A stretch of DNA of 64,000 nt, from assembly GCA_964057225.1 (NCBI GenBank), contig OZ059896.1, positions 3,844,001 through 3,908,000 on the forward strand, given 5' to 3'. The notes beneath the pieces are model-generated. The model was not told the DNA's origin. It saw only the letters and a list, made by a program, of their open reading frames with translations, and searched no databases. Positions 13,001 to 22,100 of this stretch are shown piece by piece. The position numbers and the translations under genes are program-made. Origin of the DNA: Auanema rhodensis. Taxonomy: Eukaryota; Animalia; Nematoda. How positions within the stretch are numbered: the first letter of the stretch is position 1; each line of letters opens with the position of its first letter.

Positions 13001-14084
13001 TTTGCTTTTAAAACTTGATTTTACCATGACTTGTTATAACTTTTTTTGAAACCTGTTCATATTCCAAATGTTTACTGATACTCTATAATATGTTATGCAT
13101 CTTTCGATAATTTTCTCATTCTTTTTTGTATTTGTTAAAATTTCTTCATGTTTTCTTACTGAAAATCCTTCTTGATACTTCTTCTTTGCTTTTAAAACTT
13201 GATTTTACCATGACTTGTTATAACTTTTTTTGAAACCTGTTCATATTCCAAATGTTTACTGATACTCTATAATATGTTATGCATCTTTCGATAATTTTCT
13301 CATTCTTTTTTGTATTTGTTAAAATTTCTTCATGTTTTCCTACTGAAGATGCTTCTTGATACTTTTTTTTGTTTTTAATACTTGATTTTACCATGACTTG
13401 TTATAACTTTCTTTCGTATCATGTTCATGGAATAAATAATATTTTACTCTAGTATATTTTGTACATCTCTTGATAATTTTCTCATTCTTTTTTGTATTTG
13501 TTAAAATTTCTTCCTGTTTTCTTACTGAAAATGCTTCTTGATACTTTTTTTTTGTTTTTAATACTTGATTTTATCATGACTTGATTTTACTTTTGTTGAA
13601 ACCTGTTCATATTTTAAATGTTTACTGATACTCTAGTATACTTTGTACATCTTTCGATAATTTTGTCATTCTGTTTTGTATTTGTTAAAATTTCTTCATG
13701 TTTTCTTACTGAAAATGCTTCTTGATACTTTTTTTTTGTTTTAATACTTGATTTTATCATGACTTGATTTTACTTTTGTTGAAACCTGTTCATATTTTAA
13801 ATGTTTACTGATACTCTAGTATACTTTGTACATCTTTCGCTAATTTTCTCATTCTTCTTTGTATTTGTTAAAATTTCTTCATGTTTTCTTACTGAAAATC
13901 CTTCTTGATACTTCTTCTTTGCTTTTAAAACTTGATTTTACCATGACTTGTTATAACTTTTTTTGAAACCTGTTCATATTTAAAATGTTTACTGATACTC
14001 TATAGTACGTTATGCATCTCTTGATAATTTTTTCATTCTTCTTTGTATTTGTTAAAATTTCTTCATGTTTTCTTACTTCTTCTT
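4047..14084 (-). repeat. Main Sat-A array, T-rich orientation, ~55 monomers of 179/183/184 bp with multi-monomer duplications
   Basis: Continuous tandem repeat, e.g. 184-bp period at 12657 to 12841; shared diagnostic variants at offsets 4191 and 4032. Confidence 0.97.
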
Positions 14085-14552
14085 AAGTCATTGTAAAATC
14101 AAATAATAAAAGCAAAGAAGAAATATCAAGAAGCACTTTCAATAAGAAAATGTGAAGAATTTTCAACAAATATAAATAAGATCAAACAATTATCAGGAGA
14201 TGTATAGAGTATACTAGAGTAAATAAACCACGCCCACATTCCTAACGTCAATGAAAGCCGAACTGTACAAATGCTAATATATTAACTAGTTAGCTAAATC
14301 TCTCAATATATACATTATATTTATATATATAAGTATAAATATGAAAAAAAAAAGAGAAAAAATAAAAATTAAAAAAAATACAACACTAAGAATATTCAAA
14401 TTTTCAAAATAGCATAAGCAAGCAATGAAAATCTAAACAATCATATCATTTTAAAAAAAAGAAAGAGCGGTTGTAGTCAGCATCATTACTTCAACTTCTA
14501 ATCAACAACAAGCACATAGCACAGATAAGTCAATCACTATTTTATTATTCAA

Positions 14553-14597
14553 TCATATAAATTCAAGACCTTTTCCTCCTTTACCACGTTCAGACAT
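14553..14597 (-). pseudogene. H4: Truncated histone H4 5' fragment, copy 2 (MSERGKGGKGLEFI*)
   Basis: Reverse complement of tcatataaattcaagaccttttcctcctttaccacgttcagacat; same H4 N-terminal match as copy 1. Confidence 0.85.
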
Positions 14598-14723
14598 GCT
14601 GATCAAGCTGTGTGTTGAATAGTAACCCTAGCATCTCCGTTATATACTAGTGCTGTAGAGGTCACCGCGCAAAAACCCATTGTAATCGCCACCAAGCATA
14701 TTGGCGCTTAATTTTGCCGCTCA
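14598..14723 (-). promoter_or_regulatory. Putative histone H4 promoter, copy 2, with TATATAA box (14640-14646)
   Basis: Minus strand reads gcactagTATATAAcggagatgctagggttactattcaacacacagcttgatcagcATG; TATA-to-ATG spacing fits a short histone 5' UTR. Confidence 0.55.
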
Positions 14724-14796
14724 ATTCTAGAAATGTATATTTAAATTTTATATAAACGATAAGAATAACATAAACAACTGTTTATTTGCGAACAAA

Positions 14797-15030
14797 CGTG
14801 GAATAGAAACATGTGAGGCATTAGATATGATCACTGTTGTTGTTATCAACATGAAAGCATAATTAATGAAATTCATAAAAAAAAATAGAGATGGATATGG
14901 AGTATCAAAGATAGGGATTCTCCTTTACATAAGAGCGAAACATATCATATCAATTATCATTACATAGCAAAAAAAGACAAGACAGACACAGTATTATATT
15001 ATAAATCATTATGAATACATCAAATTTAAA
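14797..15030. other. Unique AT-rich spacer, probably a histone-cluster intergenic region between a histone 3' end and the H4 promoter
   Basis: Single copy in the window; bounded by a histone stem-loop on one side and the H4 promoter on the other, both on the minus strand. Confidence 0.5.
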
Positions 15031-15056
15031 TGTGGCCCTAAAGAGGGCCGTTGGGT
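15029..15056 (-). promoter_or_regulatory. Replication-dependent histone mRNA 3' stem-loop (SLBP-binding, histone3 element), C. elegans-type CUUU loop
   Basis: Minus strand ACCCAAC-GGCCCT-CTTT-AGGGCC-ACATT: 6-bp stem starting GG, 4-nt loop, C/A-rich 5' flank and ACA 3' flank; stem-loop core at 15034-15049. Confidence 0.92.
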
Positions 15057-15404
15057 TGTTGATTAGAAGTTGAAGTAAATCTGATAACACAGATCGACGC
15101 AGCTTAAAAATCCGCATCGAATGCACTATACTACATGGAGAAACGCTCAATACAAAAATTAGTTATGATCGTTTGAAAAATGATGCATTAGTGTATGTTG
15201 AGTTTCCATGTACACTCAACATTGCTTCCAAAAACATTTTGACAAAAAGTTTCCCGAAAAATTTCAAAATAATTTCACAAAAAGTAGATGTTTTTAGATT
15301 CCTTTTTTCAAGACAAAAACGATGGACATTGTTATTCAACAAAAAAATTAATTCTTCACGGTGAAAATCGAGGATATAAGTGTGAACCTATATCAGTTGA
15401 TATC

Positions 15405-15471
15405 TCGGTGCATTTTTAAGCTAGCGCAAATCTGATAACACAGATCGACGCAGCTTAAAAATCCGCATCGA
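15405..15471 (+). other. 67-nt imperfect hairpin present once per Sat-B monomer (first complete instance)
   Basis: TCGGTGC-ATTTTTAAGCT-a-GCG-caa-ATCTG-ataaca-CAGAT-cga-CGC-AGCTTAAAAAT-cc-GCATCGA; about 26 pairs including one G.U. Confidence 0.8.
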
Positions 15472-16129
15472 ATGCACTATACTACATGGAGAAACGCTCA
15501 ATACAAAAATTAGTTATGATCGTTTGAAAAATGATGCATTAGTGTATGTTGAGTTTCCATGTACACTCAACATTGCTTCCAAAAACATTTTGACAAAAAG
15601 TTTCCCGAAAAATTTCAGAATAATTTCACAAAAAGTAGATGTTTTTAGATTCCTTTTTTCAAGACAAAGACGATGGACATTGTTATTCAACGAAAAAATT
15701 AATTCTTCAGGGTGAAAATCGAGGATATAAGTGTGAACTTATATCAGTTGATATCTCGGTGCATTTTTAAGCTAGCGCAAATCTGATAACACAGATCGAC
15801 GCAGCTTAAAAATCCGCATCGAATGCACTATACTACATTAAGAAAAGCTTAATACAAAAATTAGTTATGATCGTTTGAAAAATGATGCATTAGTGTATGT
15901 TGAGTTTCCATGTACACTCAACATTGCTTCCAAAAACATTTTGACAAAAATTTTCCCGAAAAATTTCAAAATAATTTCACAAAAAGTAGATGTTTTTAGA
16001 TTCCTTTTTTCAAGACAAAGACGATGGACATTGTTATTCAACAAAAAAATTAATTCTTCACGGTGAAAATCGAGGATATAAGTGTGAACCTATATCAGTT
16101 GATATCTCGGTGCATTTTCAAGCTAGCGC

Positions 16130-19100
16130 AAATCTGATAACACAGATCGACGCAGCTTAAAAATCCGCATCGAATGCACTATACTACATTAAGAAAAGCT
16201 TAATACAAAAATTAGTTATGATCGTTTGAAAAATGATGCATTAGTGTATGTTGAGTTTCCATGTACACTCAACATTGCTTCCAAAAACATTTTGACAAAA
16301 ATTTTCCCGAAAAATTTCAAAATAATTTCACAAAAAGTAGATGTTTTTAGATTCCTTTTTTCAAGACAAAGACGATGGACATTGTTATTCAACAAAAAAA
16401 TTAATTCTTCACGGTGAAAATCGAGGATATAAGTGTGAACCTATATCAGTTGATATCTCGGTGCATTTTCAAGCTAGTGCAAATCTGATAACACAGATCG
16501 ACGCAGCTTAAAAATCCGCATCGAATGCACTATACTACATTAAGAAAAGCTTAATACAAAAATTAGTTATGATCGTTTGAAAAATGATGCATTAGTGTAT
16601 GTTGAGTTTCCATGTACACTCAACATTGCTTCCAAAAACATTTTGACAAAAATTTTCCCGAAAAATTTCAAAATAATTTCACAACAAGTAGATGTTTTTA
16701 GATTCCTTTTTTCAAGACAAAGACGATGGACATTGTTATTCAACAAAAAAATTAATTCTTCACGGTGAAAATCGAGGATATAAGTGTGAACCTATATCAG
16801 TTGATATCTCGGTGCATTTTCAAGCTAGCGCAAATCTGATAACACAGATCGACGCAGCTTAAAAATCCGCATCGAATGCACTATACTACATTAAGAAAAG
16901 CTTAATACAAAAATTAGTTATGATCGTTTGAAAAATGATGCATTAGTGTATGTTGAGTTTCCATGTACACTCAACATTGCTTCCAAAAACATTTTGACAA
17001 AAATTTTCCCGAAAAATTTCAAAATAATTTCACAAAAAGTAGATGTTTTTAGATTCCTTTTTTCAAGACAAAGACGATGGACATTGTTATTCAACAAAAA
17101 AATTAATTCTTCACGGTGAAAATCGAGGATATAAGTGTGAACCTATATCAGTTGATATCTCGGTGCATTTTCAAGCTAGTGCAAATCTGATAACACAGAT
17201 CGACGCAGCTTAAAAATCCGCATCGAATGCACTATACTACATTAAGAAAAGCTTAATACAAAAATTAGTTATGATCGTTTGAAAAATGATGCATTAGTGT
17301 ATGTTGAGTTTCCATGTACACTCAACATTGCTTCCAAAAACATTTTGACAAAAATTTTCCCGAAAAATTTCAAAATAATTTCACAACAAGTAGATGTTTT
17401 TAGATTCCTTTTTTCAAGACAAAGACGATGGACATTGTTATTCAACAAAAAAAATTAATTCTTCAGGGTGAAAATCGAGGATATAAGTGTGAACTTATAT
17501 CAGTTGATATCTCGGTGCATTTTCAAGCTAGCGCAAATCTGATAACACAGATCGACGCAGCTTAAAAATCCGCATCGAATGCACTATACTACATTAAGAA
17601 AAGCTTAATACAAAAATTAGTTATGATCGTTTGAAAAATGATGCATTAGTGTATGTTGAGTTTCCATGTACACTCAACATTGCTTCCAAAAACATTTTGA
17701 CAAAAATTTTCCCGAAAAATTTCAAAATAATTTCACAAAAAGTAGATGTTTTTAGATTCCTTTTTTCAAGACAAAGACGATGGACATTGTTATTCAACAA
17801 AAAAATTAATTCTTCAGGGTGAAAATCGAGGATATAAGTGTGAACTTATATCAGTTGATATCTCGGTGCATTTTCAAGCTAGCGCAAATCTGATAACACA
17901 GATCGACGCAGCTTAAAAATCCGCATCGAATGCACTATACTACATTAAGAAAAGCTTAATACAAAAATTAGTTATGATCGTTTGAAAAATGATGCATTAG
18001 TGTATGTTGAGTTTCCATGTACACTCAACATTGCTTCCAAAAACATTTTGACAAAAATTTTCCCGAAAAATTTCAAAATAATTTCACAAAAAGTAGATGT
18101 TTTTAGATTCCTTTTTTCAAGACAAAGACGATGGACATTGTTATTCAACAAAAAAATTAATTCTTCAGGGTGAAAATCGAGGATATAAGTGTGAACTTAT
18201 ATCAGTTGATATCTCGGTGCATTTTCAAGCTAGCGCAAATCTGATAACACAGATCGACGCAGCTTAAAAATCCGCATCGAATGCACTATACTACATTAAG
18301 AAAAGCTTAATACAAAAATTAGTTATGATCGTTTGAAAAATGATGCATTAGTGTATGTTGAGTTTCCATGTACACTCAACATTGCTTCCAAAAACATTTT
18401 GACAAAAATTTTCCCGAAAAATTTCAAAATAATTTCACAAAAAGTAGATGTTTTTAGATTCCTTTTTTCAAGACAAAGACGATGGACATTGTTATTCAAC
18501 AAAAAAATTAATTCTTCACGGTGAAAATCGAGGATATAAGTGTGAACCTATATCAGTTGATATCTCGGTGCATTTTCAAGCTAGCGCAAATCTGATAACA
18601 CAGATCGACGCAGCTTAAAAATCCGCATCGAATGCACTATACTACATTAAGAAAAGCTTAATACAAAAATTAGTTATGATCGTTTGAAAAATGATGCATT
18701 AGTGTATGTTGAGTTTCCATGTACACTCAACATTGCTTCCAAAAACATTTTGACAAAAATTTTCCCGAAAAATTTCAAAATAATTTCACAAAAAGTAGAT
18801 GTTTTAGATTCCTTTTTTCAAGACAAAGACGATGGACATTGTTATTCAACAAAAAAATTAATTCTTCAGGGTGAAAATCGAGGATATAAGTGTGAACTTA
18901 TATCAGTTGATATCTCGGTGCATTTTTAAGCTAGCGCAAATCTGATAACACAGATCGACGCAGCTTAAAAATCCACATCGAATGCACTATACTACATTGG
19001 GAAACACTCAATACAAAAATTAGTTATGATCGTTTGAAAAATGATGCATTAGTGTATGTTGAGTTTCCATGTACACTCAACATTGCTTCCAAAAACATTT

Positions 19101-22100
19101 TGACAAAAATTTTCCCGAAAAATTTCAAAATAATTTCACAAAAAGTAGATGTTTTTAGATTCCTTTTTTCAAGACAAAGACGATGGACATTGTTATTCAA
19201 CAAAAAAATTAATTCTTCACGGTGAAAATCGAGGATATAAGTGTGAACCTATATCAGTTGATATCTCGGTGCATTTTCAAGCTAGTGCAAATCTGATAAC
19301 ACAGATCGACGCAGCTTAAAAATCCGCATCGAATGCACTATACTACATTAAGAAAAGCTTAATACAAAAATTAGTTATGATCGTTTGAAAAATGATGCAT
19401 TAGTGTATGTTGAGTTTCCATGTACACTCAACATTGCTTCCAAAAACATTTTGACAAAAATTTTCCCGAAAAATTTCAAGATAATTTCACAACAAGTAGA
19501 TGTTTTTAGATTCCTTTTTTCAAGACAAAGACGATGGACATTGTTATTCAACAAAAAAATTAATTCTTCACGGTGAAAATCGAGGATATAAGTGTGAACC
19601 TATATCAGTTGATATCTCGGTGCATTTTCAAGCTAGCGCAAATCTGATAACACAGATCGACGCAGCTTAAAAATCCGCATCGAATGCACTATACTACATT
19701 AAGAAAAGCTTAATACAAAAATTAGTTATGATCGTTTGAAAAATGATGCATTAGTGTATGTTGAGTTTCCATGTACACTCAACATTGCTTCCAAAAACAT
19801 TTTGACAAAAATTTTCCCGAAAAATTTCAAAATAATTTCACAAAAAGTAGATGTTTTTAGATTCCTTTTTTCAAGACAAAGACGATGGACATTGTTATTC
19901 AACAAAAAAATTAATTCTTCACGGTGAAAATCGAGGATATAAGTGTGAACCTATATCAGTTGATATCTCGGTGCATTTTCAAGCTAGTGCAAATCTGATA
20001 ACACAGATCGACGCAGCTTAAAAATCCGCATCGAATGCACTATACTACATTAAGAAAAGCTTAATACAAAAATTAGTTATGATCGTTTGAAAAATGATGC
20101 ATTAGTGTATGTTGAGTTTCATGTACACTCAACATTGCTTCCAAAAACATTTTGACAAAAATTTTCCCGAAAAATTTCAAAATAATTTCACAACAAGTAG
20201 ATGTTTTTAGATTCCTTTTTTCAAGACAAAGACGATGGACATTGTTATTCAACAAAAAAAATTAATTCTTCAGGGTGAAAATCGAGGATATAAGTGTGAA
20301 CTTATATCAGTTGATATCTCGGTGCATTTTCAAGCTAGCGCAAATCTGATAACACAGATCGACGCAGCTTAAAAATCCGCATCGAATGCACTATACTACA
20401 TTAAGAAAAGCTTAATACAAAAATTAGTTATGATCGTTTGAAAAATGATGCATTAGTGTATGTTGAGTTTCCATGTACACTCAACATTGCTTCCAAAAAC
20501 ATTTTGACAAAAATTTTCCCGAAAAATTTCAAAATAATTTCACAAAAAGTAGATGTTTTTAGATTCCTTTTTTCAAGACAAAGACGATGGACATTGTTAT
20601 TCAACAAAAAAATTAATTCTTCAGGGTGAAAATCGAGGATATAAGTGTGAACTTATATCAGTTGATATCTCGGTGCATTTTCAAGCTAGCGCAAATCTGA
20701 TAACACAGATCGACGCAGCTTAAAAATCCGCATCGAATGCACTATACTACATTAAGAAAAGCTTAATACAAAAATTAGTTATGATCGTTTGAAAAATGAT
20801 GCATTAGTGTATGTTGAGTTTCCATGTACACTCAACATTGCTTCCAAAAACATTTTGACAAAAATTTTCCCGAAAAATTTCAAAATAATTTCACAAAAAG
20901 TAGATGTTTTTAGATTCCTTTTTTCAAGACAAAGACGATGGACATTGTTATTCAACAAAAAAATTAATTCTTCAGGGTGAAAATCGAGGATATAAGTGTG
21001 AACTTATATCAGTTGATATCTCGGTGCATTTTTAAGCTAGCGCAAATCTGATAACACAGATCGACGCAGCTTAAAAATCCGCATCGAATGCACTATACTA
21101 CATTAAGAAAAGCTTAATACAAAAATTAGTTATGATCGTTTGAAAAATGATGCATTAGTGTATGTTGAGTTTCCATGTACACTCAACATTGCTTCCAAAA
21201 ACATTTTGACAAAAATTTTCCCGAAAAATTTCAAAATAATTTCACAAAAAGTAGATGTTTTTAGATTCCTTTTTTCAAGACAAAGACGATGGACATTGTT
21301 ATTCAACAAAAAAATTAATTCTTCACGGTGAAAATCGAGGATATAAGTGTGAACCTATATCAGTTGATATCTCGGTGCATTTTCAAGCTAGCGCAAATCT
21401 GATAACACAGATCGACGCAGCTTAAAAATCCGCATCGAATGCACTATACTACATTAAGAAAAGCTTAATACAAAAATTAGTTATGATCGTTTGAAAAATG
21501 ATGCATTAGTGTATGTTGAGTTTCCATGTACACTCAACATTGCTTCCAAAAACATTTTGACAAAAATTTTCCCGAAAAATTTCAAAATAATTTCACAAAA
21601 AGTAGATGTTTTTAGATTCCTTTTTTCAAGACAAAGACGATGGACATTGTTATTCAACAAAAAAATTAATTCTTCAGGGTGAAAATCGAGGATATAAGTG
21701 TGAACTTATATCAGTTGATATCTCGGTGCATTTTTAAGCTAGCGCAAATCTGATAACACAGATCGACGCAGCTTAAAAATCCACATCGAATGCACTATAC
21801 TACATTGGGAAACACTCAATACAAAAATTAGTTATGATCGTTTGAAAAATGATGCATTAGTGTATGTTGAGTTTCCATGTACACTCAACATTGCTTCCAA
21901 AAACATTTTGACAAAAATTTTCCCGAAAAATTTCAAAATAATTTCACAAAAAGTAGATGTTTTTAGATTCCTTTTTTCAAGACAAAGACGATGGACATTG
22001 TTATTCAACAAAAAAATTAATTCTTCACGGTGAAAATCTAGGATATAAGTGTGAACCTATATCAGTTGATATCTCGGTGCATTTTCAAGCTAGTGCAAAT

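Larger units (their letters stand above)
14085..14796 (-). repeat. Copy 2 of ~711-bp inverted duplication (diverged Sat-A 14085-~14228 plus H4 remnant cassette)
   Basis: Reverse complement of 1135-1845; continues without a visible break into unique sequence from 14797, suggesting it is the source copy. Confidence 0.95.

Noticed and set aside
1135-14796. Foldback or DNA transposon with 711-bp terminal inverted repeats
   Set aside because: No target-site duplication (flanks ...ttttaac and cgtgga...), no transposase, and copy 2 is contiguous with further histone-locus sequence; an inversion-associated duplication fits better.
14745-14820. Divergent partner histone gene downstream of TATATAAA at ~14749
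   Set aside because: The next ATG (14811) is immediately followed by TGA and no histone N-terminus is recognisable; TATA-like strings are common in this AT-rich DNA.
14950-15150. 66-aa minus-strand ORF crossing the Sat-B junction
   Set aside because: Non-ATG start, spans satellite plus histone 3' UTR and stem-loop, and has no protein similarity that I recognise.
15077-15430. Hammerhead ribozyme in the satellite monomer, as known from some animal satellites
   Set aside because: The CTGA occurrences read CTGATAA (+) and CTGATAT (-), not the CUGANGA core, and I could not build the three-stem core. An atypical ribozyme cannot be excluded without a covariance-model search.
15077-15430. 5S rRNA, spliced-leader RNA or tRNA tandem array
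   Set aside because: No SL1 leader sequence, no 5S similarity, and no cloverleaf or clear A/B boxes recognised on either strand.
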